Assembly: GCF_000026545.1 (NCBI RefSeq)
Contig: NC_011601.1
DNA from: Escherichia coli O127:H6 str. E2348/69
Lineage (GTDB): Bacteria; Pseudomonadota; Gammaproteobacteria; Enterobacterales; Enterobacteriaceae
Direction: 5' to 3' (one strand)
Length of the DNA: 64,000 nt
The notes under the pieces were generated by a model that searched no databases, had not been told where the DNA came from, and saw only the letters and a list, made by a program, of their open reading frames with translations. Made by a program: the position numbers and the translations under genes. Position 1 is the first letter of the stretch; every line of letters starts with the position of its first letter. This document shows, piece after piece, positions 1 through 15,861 of the stretch.

Positions 1-1448
<1,448 letters not shown>

Positions 1449-1470
1449 CCCTGGCTTATGTGAGGAAGCG

Positions 1471-2013
1471 ATGATTATCTATTTGCACGGTTTTGACTCT
1501 AACAGTCCGGGTAACCACGAGAAAGTCTTACAATTGCAGTTTATTGACCCGGATGTACGGCTAATAAGCTACAGTACGAGGCATCCGAAACATGATATGC
1601 AGCATTTGCTCAAAGAAGTGGACAAAATGTTGCAACTGAACGTCGACGAGCGCCCGCTCATTTGTGGTGTTGGTCTGGGCGGTTATTGGGCTGAGCGGAT
1701 TGGTTTTCTCTGTGATATCCGCCAGGTGATCTTCAACCCTAATTTGTTCCCTTATGAGAACATGGAAGGGAAGATTGATCGCCCGGAAGAGTACGCCGAT
1801 ATTGCCACTAAGTGTGTGACCAACTTCCGTGAGAAGAATCGCGATCGTTGCCTGGTGATTTTGTCGCGTAATGATGAAGCGCTTAACAGCCAGCGGACAT
1901 CTGAAGAGTTGCATCATTATTACGAGATTGTCTGGGACGAAGAGCAGACGCACAAATTCAAGAATATCTCCCCGCATTTACAGCGCATTAAAGCGTTCAA
2001 AACCCTCGGGTAA
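1471..2013 (+). CDS. ycfP: UPF0227 family esterase YcfP
   Basis: Internal ATG of ORF 1414-2013 giving [18 protein letters not shown]... (180 aa); synteny. Confidence 0.9.
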
Positions 2014-2015
2014 AT

Positions 2016-2140
2016 GCCCTCGTCGCATCAGGTAACCTTGCCGGTACCTGATGCGCTCCGGATTCTGTGGGTTGGATAAGGCGTTCCGCCGGATCCGACA
2101 GTCGAGCATCAATGCCTGATGCGCCTCTTATCAGGCCTAC
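2016..2140. repeat. REP/BIME-type repetitive extragenic palindromes
   Basis: Tandem imperfect palindromes of the gcctgatgcg...cgcatcaggc type in the ycfP-ndh intergenic region. Confidence 0.7.
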
Positions 2141-2411
2141 CGAACGCCCTCCATACACACCTCACTCTATATCATTCTCACAAATCAGCTCAAATAATAA
2201 ACAACAAACTCTGTTTTTTGATCTCACCCGGTAAAGTCGCCTATCTTTTCAGCAACAAAACTTGATTAACATCAATTTTGGTATGACCAATGCACCATTC
2301 ATGTTATTCTCAATAGCGAAGAACATTTTCATTGCTGTAACCTGTTGTTAATTAAGAGCTATGTTAATAACCATTAATTAACAATTGGTTAATAAATTTA
2401 AGGGGGTCACG

Positions 2412-3716
2412 TTGACTACGCCATTGAAAAAAATTGTGATTGTCGGCGGCGGTGCTGGTGGGCTGGAAATGGCAACACAGCTGGGGCATAAGCTGGGACG
2501 CAAGAAAAAAGCCAAAATTACGCTGGTCGATCGTAACCACAGCCACCTGTGGAAACCGCTGCTGCACGAAGTGGCGACTGGCTCGCTTGATGAAGGCGTC
2601 GATGCGTTGAGCTATCTGGCCCATGCGCGCAATCATGGTTTCCAGTTCCAGCTGGGTTCCGTAATTGATATTGATCGTGAAGCGAAAACAATCACTATTG
2701 CAGAACTGCGCGACGAGAAAGGTGAACTGCTGGTTCCGGAACGTAAAATCGCCTATGACACCCTGGTAATGGCGCTGGGTAGCACCTCTAACGATTTCAA
2801 TACACCAGGTGTCAAAGAGAACTGCATTTTCCTCGATAACCCGCACCAGGCGCGTCGCTTCCACCAGGAGATGCTGAATCTGTTCCTGAAATACTCCGCC
2901 AACCTGGGCGCGAATGGCAAAGTAAACATTGCGATTGTCGGCGGCGGCGCGACGGGTGTAGAACTCTCCGCTGAATTGCACAACGCGGTCAAGCAACTGC
3001 ACAGTTACGGTTATAAAGGTCTGACCAACGAAGCCCTGAACGTAACGCTGGTAGAAGCGGGCGAACGTATTTTGCCTGCATTGCCGCCACGTATCTCTGC
3101 TGCGGCCCATAGTGAGTTAACGAAACTTGGCGTTCGCGTGCTGACGCAAACCATGGTCACCAGTGCTGATGAAGGCGGCCTGCACACTAAAGATGGCGAA
3201 TATATTGAGGCTGATCTGATGGTGTGGGCAGCCGGGATCAAAGCGCCAGACTTCCTGAAAGATATCGGTGGTCTTGAAACCAACCGTATCAACCAGCTGG
3301 TGGTGGAACCGACGCTGCAAACCACTCGCGATCCAGACATATACGCTATTGGCGACTGCGCGTCATGCCCGCGTCCGGAAGGGGGCTTTGTTCCGCCGCG
3401 CGCTCAGGCCGCACATCAGATGGCAACCTGCGCAATGAACAACATTCTGGCGCAGATGAACGGTAAGCAGCTGAAAAATTATCAGTATAAAGATCACGGT
3501 TCGCTGGTATCGCTGTCGAACTTTTCCACAGTCGGTAGCCTGATGGGTAACCTGACGCGCGGCTCAATGATGATTGAAGGACGAATTGCGCGCTTTGTAT
3601 ACATCTCGCTGTACCGAATGCACCAGATTGCGCTGCATGGTTACTTTAAAACCGGATTAATGATGCTGGTGGGGAGTATTAACCGCGTTATCCGTCCACG
3701 TTTGAAGTTGCATTAA
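2412..3716 (+). CDS. ndh: NADH dehydrogenase II (NDH-2)
   Basis: TTG start giving (M)[26 protein letters not shown]...; FAD/NAD GxGxxG motifs; matches Ndh as recalled. Confidence 0.93.
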   Translation: MTTPLKKIVIVGGGAGGLEMATQLGHKLGRKKKAKITLVDRNHSHLWKPLLHEVATGSLDEGVDALSYLAHARNHGFQFQLGSVIDIDREAKTITIAELRDEKGELLVPERKIAYDTLVMALGSTSNDFNTPGVKENCIFLDNPHQARRFHQEMLNLFLKYSANLGANGKVNIAIVGGGATGVELSAELHNAVKQLHSYGYKGLTNEALNVTLVEAGERILPALPPRISAAAHSELTKLGVRVLTQTMVTSADEGGLHTKDGEYIEADLMVWAAGIKAPDFLKDIGGLETNRINQLVVEPTLQTTRDPDIYAIGDCASCPRPEGGFVPPRAQAAHQMATCAMNNILAQMNGKQLKNYQYKDHGSLVSLSNFSTVGSLMGNLTRGSMMIEGRIARFVYISLYRMHQIALHGYFKTGLMMLVGSINRVIRPRLKLH

Positions 3717-3724
3717 TCGGCTTG

Positions 3725-3815
<91 letters not shown>

Positions 3816-3942
3816 ATTCCTTCAGACTCCTCCGAATCCCTAAGTATTTCCAGCCATTCCCGCGCTTTTCATCTTCTGTCTGATAGCTGCTTTTCTCCTT
3901 CGCTTGCATGATTGGCATAACAGCAAAGAAGGAGGTATTCCC

Positions 3943-4482
3943 GTGAATAAGTCAATGTTGGCGGGTATCGGGATTGGTGTCGCAGCTGCGCTGGGCGTAG
4001 CGGCAGTGGCCAGTCTGAACGTGTTTGAACGTGGCCCGCAATACGCTCAGGTTGTTTCTGCAACCCCAATCAAGGAAACGGTTAAAACACCGCGTCAGGA
4101 GTGTCGCAACGTTACAGTGACCCATCGTCGACCGGTGCAGGATGAAAATCGCATTACCGGGTCGGTGCTCGGCGCTGTTGCTGGCGGCGTGATTGGGCAT
4201 CAGTTTGGTGGTGGTCGCGGTAAAGATGTCGCCACTGTTGTGGGGGCGCTGGGGGGTGGATATGCAGGTAACCAGATCCAGGGCTCTCTCCAGGAAAGCG
4301 ATACTTACACGACTACGCAACAGCGTTGTAAAACGGTGTATGACAAGTCAGAAAAAATGCTCGGTTATGATGTGACCTATAAGATTGGCGATCAGCAGGG
4401 CAAAATCCGAATGGACCGCGATCCGGGTACGCAGATCCCGCTAGATAGCAACGGGCAGCTGATTTTGAATAACAAAGCATAA
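3943..4482 (+). CDS. ycfJ: Glycine-zipper outer-membrane protein YcfJ
   Basis: GTG start giving (M)NKSMLAGIGIGVAAALGVAAVASL...; glycine-rich repeats; synteny. Confidence 0.88.
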   Translation: MNKSMLAGIGIGVAAALGVAAVASLNVFERGPQYAQVVSATPIKETVKTPRQECRNVTVTHRRPVQDENRITGSVLGAVAGGVIGHQFGGGRGKDVATVVGALGGGYAGNQIQGSLQESDTYTTTQQRCKTVYDKSEKMLGYDVTYKIGDQQGKIRMDRDPGTQIPLDSNGQLILNNKA

Positions 4483-4504
4483 CAAGGTTGTACTCTGCAA
4501 TTTA

Positions 4505-4538
4505 GCCCCTCATTCGCTCAAGCTGAGGGGCTTTTTTT
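4505..4538 (+). terminator. Rho-independent terminator downstream of ycfJ
   Basis: GC-rich stem gcccctca...tgaggggc followed by a T-run. Confidence 0.75.
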
Positions 4539-4543
4539 GCGAC

Positions 4544-5176
4544 TTATTTCAGCAGTTCCGGCCATAAACGCAAAGTCGTTCGGGCAATCTGCATCAGTTT
4601 TTCCAGCGATGCACCTTCGCGTGCGCTGATCGACATCCCCTGAATAATACAATTAAGGAATTCTGCCAGATGCGTCACGTCACAGTGGGGCGGGATTTCC
4701 CCGCGCGCTTGTCGTTGACATAAAAACTGCTGCAAAGTGCGCTCTTGCATCGCATGGCGTGATTTCAGCGTATTGGCGATATCTCCAGAATCCGGGGAGA
4801 GGGTGGTGCAGTTGTTGATCATGAAGCAGCCAGCCGGAGTGTCTTTGCTGGTAAAGCAGTTGGCGATGGCAGCAAAATAGTCAGCCAGCGCAGACTCCAC
4901 GCTTTTCTCTTCACAAAACAGCTGTGCTTCATGCTTGGCGGCAAAACGATCGATATAGCGGTCGAGTACGGCGCGGAATAACCCCTCTTTGTTGGTAAAT
5001 TCCGCGTATAGCGTGGGCGCTTTAGCTCCGGTCGCTTCAACGAGGTCCGCAAGAGAAGTCGCTTCATAACCGTGCTGCCAGAACAATTTCATGGCCTTAT
5101 CAAGCGCGGCATCCCTGTCGAACACTTTTGGGCGGCCACGGCTTTTTTTTACACATTGTGTTGAGTCAGTTGCCAT
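4544..5176 (-). CDS. comR: TetR-family transcriptional repressor ComR (YcfQ)
   Basis: MATDSTQCVKKSRGRPKVFDRDAALDKAMKLFWQHGYEATSLADLVEATG... TetR N-terminal HTH; divergent from bhsA as in K-12. Confidence 0.88.
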   Translation of the reverse strand: MATDSTQCVKKSRGRPKVFDRDAALDKAMKLFWQHGYEATSLADLVEATGAKAPTLYAEFTNKEGLFRAVLDRYIDRFAAKHEAQLFCEEKSVESALADYFAAIANCFTSKDTPAGCFMINNCTTLSPDSGDIANTLKSRHAMQERTLQQFLCQRQARGEIPPHCDVTHLAEFLNCIIQGMSISAREGASLEKLMQIARTTLRLWPELLK

Positions 5177-5416
5177 GATGCCGTTGTACCTGGTGACTGT
5201 GAATGAAAGGTTATTATAAAAATAATCACCTCCGTTCACCAGTCCACAAACCATAAAAATAATTGCTTTCTATTTAACTGAAATTTAAAGATTTTTAAAT
5301 TAATTAATGATTGTTATAAAAAATATCTTGTATGTGATCCAGATCACATCTATCATTTAGTTATCGATCGTTAAGTAATTGCTTGCGACGTCATTCATCT
5401 GCATAAGGCCACTATT

Positions 5417-5674
5417 ATGAAAAACGTAAAAACCCTCATCGCTGCGGCGATTTTAAGCTCAATGTCATTTGCCAGCTTTGCGGCTGTCGAAGTTCAGTCA
5501 ACGCCAGAAGGCCAACAAAAAGTCGGTACTATCAGTGCTAACGCGGGGACAAATCTGGGATCGCTGGAAGAGCAGCTGGCGCAAAAAGCGGATGAGATGG
5601 GCGCAAAATCTTTCCGTATTACTTCTGTAACCGGTCCGAATACCCTCCATGGAACAGCAGTAATTTATAAATAA
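5417..5674 (+). CDS. bhsA: Multiple stress resistance protein BhsA (YcfR), secreted DUF1471-type
   Basis: 85-aa ORF with signal peptide MKNVKTLIAAAILSSMSFASFA; synteny. Confidence 0.9.
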   Translation: MKNVKTLIAAAILSSMSFASFAAVEVQSTPEGQQKVGTISANAGTNLGSLEEQLAQKADEMGAKSFRITSVTGPNTLHGTAVIYK

Positions 5675-5713
5675 GTATTAACCCTCATTAATGCCTGCTA
5701 CTGCTGATTTTTT

Positions 5714-5747
5714 CCCCGCGACATGCCGTGTCGCGGGGATTTTTTTA
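5714..5747 (+). terminator. Rho-independent terminator downstream of bhsA
   Basis: Stem ccccgcgac...gtcgcgggg followed by T7. Confidence 0.8.
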
Positions 5748-5755
5748 TCCGAGCT

Positions 5756-6715
5756 TTACAGAGTTTGTGGGCTCACTTGATGACGGCGGACATCCACCGG
5801 CATCCCGGAACGGACATCCATCACATGTTGCATCACTTCAGCGTCAGTTTGTGCTGCATCTTTAAATGATTGCATTGCGCTATTCAGCGTAATTGGCAGC
5901 AGCTGCGGATCGTCATCAATCTTCTCAGACAGCGGCTGATGTACTTCAACCAGACGCGCACCGTTTGGTTCGGCAGAGACTTTTATCGGAGTGTTGATGA
6001 TATTCACTTTGGTGCCTGGGGTGACCTGGCTAAAGAGTGTTTTGATATCGTCATCCCGCAGACGAATACAGCCAGAACTTACCCGCATGCCAATGCCGAA
6101 ATCGGCGTTCGTACCATGAAGCAAATAAACGCCGCCATAGGCCGCCAGACGAATCGCATGATGGCCCATTGGGTTATCCGGTCCTGCCGGCACTACCGCA
6201 GGCAACTCAATTCCCTGTGCCTTATACCGCGCGCGGATGTTTGCCGTTGGCGTCCAGGTTGGGTTTGCACGTTTGTCTGAAACGGTAGTCACCATCGTTG
6301 GCGTCAGCGTGTCACCACCTAACTGACCAATGCCGATGGGATACACGGTTACCGAATTTTTACCCGGCGGGTAGTAATAGAGACGCAGCTCCGCAATGTT
6401 GATCACAATGCCTTCGCGCGGCGCGTCTGGAAGTAGGGTTTGCAACGGGATCGTTAACACGCTACCCGCGCGCGGTACGTAAGGATCAACGCCGGGGTTA
6501 GCCTGTAACAGAGCGAGAAAGCCGACGTTATATTTTTTGGCGATCGCTTCCAGAGAACCACCGTCATTTTCCACCACATGAAATTTGTTTTCACCAACCA
6601 GACGACTGCCCGCTGACGGCAGCGGCCAGGTGTTGGCTTTTGCCGGTAGCGCCAGCGCCACGGCAGCGGCGAACGTAAAAAACGTTAGCCAGCGAGAAAA
6701 ACGCGTTTTGATCAT
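5756..6715 (-). CDS. ldtC: L,D-transpeptidase LdtC (YcfS)
   Basis: Internal start giving MIKTRFSRWLTFFTFAAAVALALPA...; LysM segment and YkuD catalytic region (HGT...SSGCIRL). Confidence 0.9.
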   Translation of the reverse strand: MIKTRFSRWLTFFTFAAAVALALPAKANTWPLPSAGSRLVGENKFHVVENDGGSLEAIAKKYNVGFLALLQANPGVDPYVPRAGSVLTIPLQTLLPDAPREGIVINIAELRLYYYPPGKNSVTVYPIGIGQLGGDTLTPTMVTTVSDKRANPTWTPTANIRARYKAQGIELPAVVPAGPDNPMGHHAIRLAAYGGVYLLHGTNADFGIGMRVSSGCIRLRDDDIKTLFSQVTPGTKVNIINTPIKVSAEPNGARLVEVHQPLSEKIDDDPQLLPITLNSAMQSFKDAAQTDAEVMQHVMDVRSGMPVDVRRHQVSPQTL

Positions 6716-6860
6716 CACCAAAGTCCATAATAAATATAATGTTATTGTAATAAAAAGGTAAGTCTGAATTATGGAGGGTGACAGTGTCGGATAGTGCAGG
6801 GAAGTGCAAAGAATTTGTAAATGTTGCAGATGGGGGCGCAGAGACGCCCCCGATTTACCA

Positions 6861-9800
6861 TCAAGCGATCGCGTTCTCTTCCAGTTCACGCATAAACTGG
6901 CGTACCCATTCGATACGCGTTTTCCGCTCGCTCAAATCCTGAATAAACTTCAGACGCGTCGGACCATCAAGGCGGTAATGCTGCGGCTGTTTTTGCAGCA
7001 AACCAATCAACCAGGCTGGATTAACGTGATTCTTCTCGGCAAATTCGATCACGCCGCCTTTCTCATTACCTTCCAGCTTCCTGATCCCCAGTTTCTGCGC
7101 TTGCTGGCGCAGACGGGCAATATCCAGCAGGGTACGCGCCGGATCCGGCAGCAGGCCGAAGCGATCGATAAGCTCGACTTTGATCTCTTCCAGTTCGTTT
7201 TCCGTTTTGGCGCTGGCAATACGTTTGTAGAACGACAGACGCGTGTTCACGTCAGGGATGAAATCATCTGGCAATAGCGACGGCATCCGCAGCTCGACTT
7301 CTGTTTGCTGGCTGGTGAGATCTTCCAGCGACGGCTCGCGTCCGGCTTTCAGCGCATCGACGGCGTTTTCCAGCAACTCCATATACAGCGAGAAACCGAT
7401 GGTTTCCATTGAGCCGCTTTGTTCTTCGCCAAGCAGTTCACCCGCGCCGCGGATCTCCAGATCGTGCGTTGCCAGCGCAAAACCTGCACCGAGATCTTCC
7501 AGCGAGGCAATCGCTTCAAGACGTTTTTGCGCATCGGTAGTCATCGCTTTTGGATGCGGCGTCAGCAGCCATGCATATGCCTGGTGGTGCGAACGCCCGA
7601 CGCGACCGCGCAACTGGTGCAACTGTGCCAGACCGAAGTGATCCGCACGTTCAATGATAATGGTGTTGGCGGTAGGAATGTCGATCCCGGTTTCGATAAT
7701 GGTGGTACAAACCAGCACGTTGAAACGTTGATGATGGAAATCATTCATCACCCGTTCCAGTTCGCGCTCACGCATTTGCCCGTGACCGATAGCAATCCGC
7801 GCTTCAGGTACCAGTTCTGCCAGCCGTTCGGCGGCTTTCTGGATGTTTTCCACATCATTGTAGAGATAATAAACCTGTCCTCCGCGCAAAATTTCACGCA
7901 GGATCGCCTCCCGGACCACCAGACTGTCATACTCACGGACAAAGGTTTTAACTGCCAGACGACGGGCGGGCGGCGTGGCGATAATCGACAGATCGCGCAT
8001 TCCGCTCATTGCCATATTCAGCGTACGTGGGATCGGCGTTGCGGTAAGCGTCAGAATATCCACGTTCGCGCGCATCGCTTTAATGCGCTCTTTATGACGT
8101 ACCCCGAAGCGGTGTTCTTCATCGACAATCAGCAGGCCTAAATCTTTAAACTTGACGTCACTTTGCAGCAGTTTGTGCGTACCGATCAGAATATCAATTT
8201 TCCCTTCCGCCACTTCCGCAAGGATTTGCGTCTGCTCTTTGGCGCTGCGGAAACGGGAGATCATTTCGATACGTACCGGCCAGTTGGCGAAACGGTCGCG
8301 GAAGTTGTCGTAATGCTGCTGCGCGAGAAGGGTGGTAGGCACCAGCACCGCCACCTGTTTGTGGTTATCTACCGCCAGGAAAGCGGCGCGCATCGCCACT
8401 TCTGTTTTACCAAAGCCAACATCGCCGCACACCAGACGATCCATTGCCAGCGGCTGACACATGTCGCTAAGCACCGCATTAATGGCTTGAGCCTGATCCG
8501 GCGTGGTTTCAAACGGGAAGCTGTCGCAGAATAACTGATACTGCTCACGATCGTGTTTAAACGCGAAGCCCTCTTTGGCGGCGCGTTGCGCGTAGATATC
8601 CAGCAATTCCGCCGCCACATCACGCACTTTTTCCGCCGCTTTCTGCCGTGCGCGTGACCAGGCATCGCCACCAAGTTTATGCAGTGGTGCGTTTTCTTCT
8701 GCGCCACCCGCGTAACGGCTAATCAGATGCAGTGACGACACCGGAACATACAGTTTGGCGTCGTTGGCATAGGTGAGCATCAAATACTCGCCAGTAATGC
8801 CTCCAGCTTCGAGCGTGGTCATTCCGGCATAACGACCGACGCCGTGCTCCAGATGGACCACCGGCTGACCAATATGCAGCTCCGCAAGGTTACGGATCAG
8901 TGTATCGGGGTTGATGGCGCGGCGAGAATCCTGACGACGACGGGCAACGCGTTCACCGAGCAGATCGCTTTCGCAAATCAGCGCCAGATTACGTACCGTA
9001 TCGACAAAACCATGCTCTGCAGCGCCAATCATCAGATAACGCCCACGGTCGCTGGCTTCATCAAGACGCATAATGCGTTGCGGAGCAATTTTAATTCGCG
9101 CGAGCAGTTCACCCAACGCTTCACGGCGGCCTTCACTTTCTACCGAGAACACCACCGGACCGTCGAAAGACTCGAGGAACTTACGCAGCGCATCCAGCGG
9201 CGCTTTTTGTTGTGCCTGAATGGCCAGGTCTGGCAGTTTCTGGAAACCTAAATTGGCATTCGCTGCTTTTGTCGGTAAATGTTCAGTTTTTAGCTGCACA
9301 CGGGGCCAGTTTTTCAGCTCTGAGAAGAGCTCATCCACCCGCAGCCAGAGCGATTGTGGTGGCAACAGTGGGCGCATTGGGTCGACACCGCGATTCTCAA
9401 AACGCGCGAGCGTGTCAGCCTGGAAACGTTCGGCACTGTTTTCCAGATCGCCAGTATTTACCAGCAGCGTATTGGCAGGGAAATAACTGAACAGTGGCGG
9501 CAGCGGTTCGCTGAAGAATAGTGGCTGCCAGTACTCGATCCCGGCAGGTAATGTGCCTTTACTCACTTGCTGGTAAATATGTTCCGGATCGCGCTTCACT
9601 TCGAAGGTATCACGCCACTGGCTGCGGAACAGTTCAATTGCCGCTTTATCGGTCGGAAATTCGTGCGCGGGCAGCAGATTGATCGCATCTACTTCCTCCA
9701 GCGTGCGCTGGCTATCGACGTCAAACACCCGCAGGCTGTCGATTTCATCATCAAAGAAATCAAGACGATAAGGCAGCTCACTCCCCATAGGGAAGAGATC

Positions 9801-10307
9801 CAGCAACGCGCCGCGCGTGGCGTATTCGCCGTGCTCCATCACCTGGTCAACATGGCGATAACCGGCGCTGTCCAGTTGGGTTCGTAATGCATCTCGTGAC
9901 AGGCGCTGACCTTTTTTCATCACCAGCGCATGACCGTGGAGAAAGCTGTGCGGGCAAACGCGCTGCATAAGCGTATTCACCGGAACAATCAGTACGCCAC
10001 GCTGCATGGTCGGTAGCTGGTAAAGGGTGGAAAGGCGCGAGGAGATAATGTCCTGATGAGGCGAAAAACTGTCGTAAGGGAGGGTTTCCCAGTCCGCCAG
10101 ATTCATCACCATCTGATCGGTAAACTGGCTGATTTCATCATGCAAACGCAGAGCATTTTGCATATCTGGTGCAATGAGTACCACCGGACCGGCGTGACGT
10201 TCGGCAATTTCCGCTACCAGCGTCGCGCAGGCAGCGCCGGTTAACTCGCCCAGCAGACGCTGCTCACCCGCTTTGACGGGCAGCGTATAACGATATTGTT
10301 CAGGCAT
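6861..10307 (-). CDS. mfd: Transcription-repair coupling factor Mfd
   Basis: About 1148 aa from MPEQYRYTLPVKAGEQRLLGEL...; DEAD/DEAH helicase motifs (GDVGFGKTEVAMRAAF, DEEHRFG), TRCF domain. Confidence 0.95.
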   Translation of the reverse strand: MPEQYRYTLPVKAGEQRLLGELTGAACATLVAEIAERHAGPVVLIAPDMQNALRLHDEISQFTDQMVMNLADWETLPYDSFSPHQDIISSRLSTLYQLPTMQRGVLIVPVNTLMQRVCPHSFLHGHALVMKKGQRLSRDALRTQLDSAGYRHVDQVMEHGEYATRGALLDLFPMGSELPYRLDFFDDEIDSLRVFDVDSQRTLEEVDAINLLPAHEFPTDKAAIELFRSQWRDTFEVKRDPEHIYQQVSKGTLPAGIEYWQPLFFSEPLPPLFSYFPANTLLVNTGDLENSAERFQADTLARFENRGVDPMRPLLPPQSLWLRVDELFSELKNWPRVQLKTEHLPTKAANANLGFQKLPDLAIQAQQKAPLDALRKFLESFDGPVVFSVESEGRREALGELLARIKIAPQRIMRLDEASDRGRYLMIGAAEHGFVDTVRNLALICESDLLGERVARRRQDSRRAINPDTLIRNLAELHIGQPVVHLEHGVGRYAGMTTLEAGGITGEYLMLTYANDAKLYVPVSSLHLISRYAGGAEENAPLHKLGGDAWSRARQKAAEKVRDVAAELLDIYAQRAAKEGFAFKHDREQYQLFCDSFPFETTPDQAQAINAVLSDMCQPLAMDRLVCGDVGFGKTEVAMRAAFLAVDNHKQVAVLVPTTLLAQQHYDNFRDRFANWPVRIEMISRFRSAKEQTQILAEVAEGKIDILIGTHKLLQSDVKFKDLGLLIVDEEHRFGVRHKERIKAMRANVDILTLTATPIPRTLNMAMSGMRDLSIIATPPARRLAVKTFVREYDSLVVREAILREILRGGQVYYLYNDVENIQKAAERLAELVPEARIAIGHGQMRERELERVMNDFHHQRFNVLVCTTIIETGIDIPTANTIIIERADHFGLAQLHQLRGRVGRSHHQAYAWLLTPHPKAMTTDAQKRLEAIASLEDLGAGFALATHDLEIRGAGELLGEEQSGSMETIGFSLYMELLENAVDALKAGREPSLEDLTSQQTEVELRMPSLLPDDFIPDVNTRLSFYKRIASAKTENELEEIKVELIDRFGLLPDPARTLLDIARLRQQAQKLGIRKLEGNEKGGVIEFAEKNHVNPAWLIGLLQKQPQHYRLDGPTRLKFIQDLSERKTRIEWVRQFMRELEENAIA

Positions 10308-10434
10308 AACGGTTGTCAGATTCTCGTTAGGATATGCCTCAACATATGGGGGCATATCTCTGATAAGCAATGCTGTTCATTATCCGTAATCGGCATGGTT
10401 TAGCAAATTGAATCGCCCCGGCTGGGGCGATGAC

Positions 10435-11508
10435 TTAGCGGGAGTAACTGACGGTAGCGGGCAGAGAAGGCGGGGAGAACAACAGATCGCTGAATGCGCG
10501 CTGTGAAAGTTTTCTTACCAGCAAGCCCGCAACAGTACAGATGAACAAACTAACAAAGGGGTAAACCAGCAGGAGTGTCAGTTCGACTTGTGGCGACCAG
10601 CGTGCTGCGTTCATTTGCGCAAGCAGAGTTAAGCTGAATATTTCAACCAGAATGCGATGGGTGGTGTAGATAGCAATGGTGTTGGAGCCAATCACATTCA
10701 GCAGGCTGGTGGAGCGCATGCCGAAACGCTGCTCGTACTGATAAAACAGCTTCATGATTACCACAATCGATACCAGCGACAACAGCAGCGAGATATTAAA
10801 CAACCAGGCACCGACTGCCAGAACGGTCAGCAAAGAAGCCATCAGCAGATGGCGGCGCAACGGTACCGCTTTAACACAGGTCATTAATGTTGCGCCAAAC
10901 CATGCGCCAAGGCTGTAATAAGGCAAATTGCGGATCACACTGTTCATTCCCCACCACGGTGTGGGTACGAAATTAATAGTCACACTCATCAGTACAAACA
11001 GAACAAATAACGGCAGGGCCAGGCGGTTAAAAATTTTACATATCACGAAATAGACAATTAACGCATACAGATACCACAAGCTGGTGCTGGCGGTGATCAT
11101 CCCGTGCAGGAACTCGCCGGTGGAATCGGCATAAGCAGCATTGGAGGCATTGCTTAAATTGCGCTCAGGTGCCAGCCACTGATTTAGTGCACTTAGCGCC
11201 AGCCACTGCACCACGCCCCAAAGCGCCAGCACCCAGAAGATGTTCCAGATGCGTTTATCGAGACAATTTCCCCACGGTACGCTGTCGATATAGCGGCGAA
11301 TCAAATAGCCAGAGATAAAGAAAAAAACCGGCATACGAAAGGGTGCAAGGTAAAGATTGAAATAGATCCAGCATTTGCTCAGGACTTCTGATAACGGATG
11401 CTGGAAAGTGGTCAGATGCGGATAAAAGGTAATGACCGAGTGATAAATCACCACCAGACAAATACATAACCCTTTGATCTGGTTAATCCATAGCTCTTTT
11501 TGTTTCAT
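10435..11508 (-). CDS. ycfT: Inner-membrane acyltransferase-family protein YcfT
   Basis: 357-aa polytopic membrane ORF; synteny between mfd and lolC. Confidence 0.88.
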   Translation of the reverse strand: MKQKELWINQIKGLCICLVVIYHSVITFYPHLTTFQHPLSEVLSKCWIYFNLYLAPFRMPVFFFISGYLIRRYIDSVPWGNCLDKRIWNIFWVLALWGVVQWLALSALNQWLAPERNLSNASNAAYADSTGEFLHGMITASTSLWYLYALIVYFVICKIFNRLALPLFVLFVLMSVTINFVPTPWWGMNSVIRNLPYYSLGAWFGATLMTCVKAVPLRRHLLMASLLTVLAVGAWLFNISLLLSLVSIVVIMKLFYQYEQRFGMRSTSLLNVIGSNTIAIYTTHRILVEIFSLTLLAQMNAARWSPQVELTLLLVYPFVSLFICTVAGLLVRKLSQRAFSDLLFSPPSLPATVSYSR

Positions 11509-11657
11509 CAGGTCAACACGCTCTTTTTATTTAACATGCGGTTGATCCTGCGTGGCGAGTCGCGTGGTGTAATGCGTATCTGTCTGTATTTGGTTATTTT
11601 TCAGATAAAGATCAGGCCACATGGCCGATGATAAAATGAGGCACTTTAGCCGATTGA

Positions 11658-14906
<3,249 letters not shown>

Positions 14907-14934
14907 AGGCAGTACATTAAAACAAGGAGCGGCA

Positions 14935-15846
14935 ATGTATTACGGGTTTGATATTGGTGGAACAAAAATTGCGCTAGGCGTGTTTGATAGCGGTCGGCAG
15001 TTGCAGTGGGAAAAGCGGGTGCCGACACCGCGTGACAGCTATGACGCATTTTTAGATGCAGTGTGCGAGCTGGTAGCCGAAGCTGACCGGCGTTTTGGCT
15101 GTAAAGGTTCTGTCGGCATCGGTATTCCGGGAATGCCGGAAACAGAAGATGGTACGCTGTATGCCGCCAATGTCCCTGCTGCCAGCGGTAAACCGCTGCG
15201 TGCCGACCTGAGCGCACGTCTTGATCGCGATGTACGCCTTGATAACGATGCCAACTGTTTTGCCCTTTCTGAAGCATGGGATGATGAATTTACTCAATAT
15301 TCACTGGTGATGGGGTTGATTCTCGGCACCGGCGTTGGCGGCGGGCTGATTTTCAACGGTAAACCAATTACCGGTAAAAGCTATATTACCGGCGAGTTTG
15401 GCCATATGCGTCTGCCGGTTGATGCGTTAACCATGATGGGGCTGGATTTCCCGTTACGCCGCTGCGGCTGTGGTCAGCATGGCTGCATTGAAAATTATCT
15501 GTCTGGTCGCGGTTTTGCGTGGCTGTATCAACACTATTATCATCAACCGTTGCAGGCTCCTGAGATCATTGCGTTTTATGATCAAGGCGATGAGCAGGCA
15601 AGGGCGCACGTTGAGCGTTATCTGGATTTATTAGCGGTTTGTCTGGGAAATATCCTGACCATTGTTGACCCTGACCTGGTCGTCATTGGTGGTGGCTTAT
15701 CGAATTTCCCGGCAATCACAACGCAACTGGCGGAAAGGTTGCCTCGTCATCTCTTACCTGTAGCTCGTGTTCCGCGCATTGAACGCGCGCGCCACGGTGA
15801 TGCGGGGGGAATGCGTGGTGCGGCCTTCCTACATCTAACCGATTAA
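14935..15846 (+). CDS. nagK: N-acetyl-D-glucosamine kinase NagK (ROK family)
   Basis: [18 protein letters not shown]...; ROK zinc motif [10 protein letters not shown]. Confidence 0.92.
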   Translation: MYYGFDIGGTKIALGVFDSGRQLQWEKRVPTPRDSYDAFLDAVCELVAEADRRFGCKGSVGIGIPGMPETEDGTLYAANVPAASGKPLRADLSARLDRDVRLDNDANCFALSEAWDDEFTQYSLVMGLILGTGVGGGLIFNGKPITGKSYITGEFGHMRLPVDALTMMGLDFPLRRCGCGQHGCIENYLSGRGFAWLYQHYYHQPLQAPEIIAFYDQGDEQARAHVERYLDLLAVCLGNILTIVDPDLVVIGGGLSNFPAITTQLAERLPRHLLPVARVPRIERARHGDAGGMRGAAFLHLTD

Positions 15847-15861
15847 TCAACAGAGGTTGCT

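Noticed and set aside
2364-3110. 248-aa minus-strand ORF
   Set aside because: Antisense to ndh
7419-8141. 240-aa plus-strand ORF and several others inside 6861-10370
   Set aside because: Antisense to mfd, whose minus-strand reading frame has strong helicase motifs
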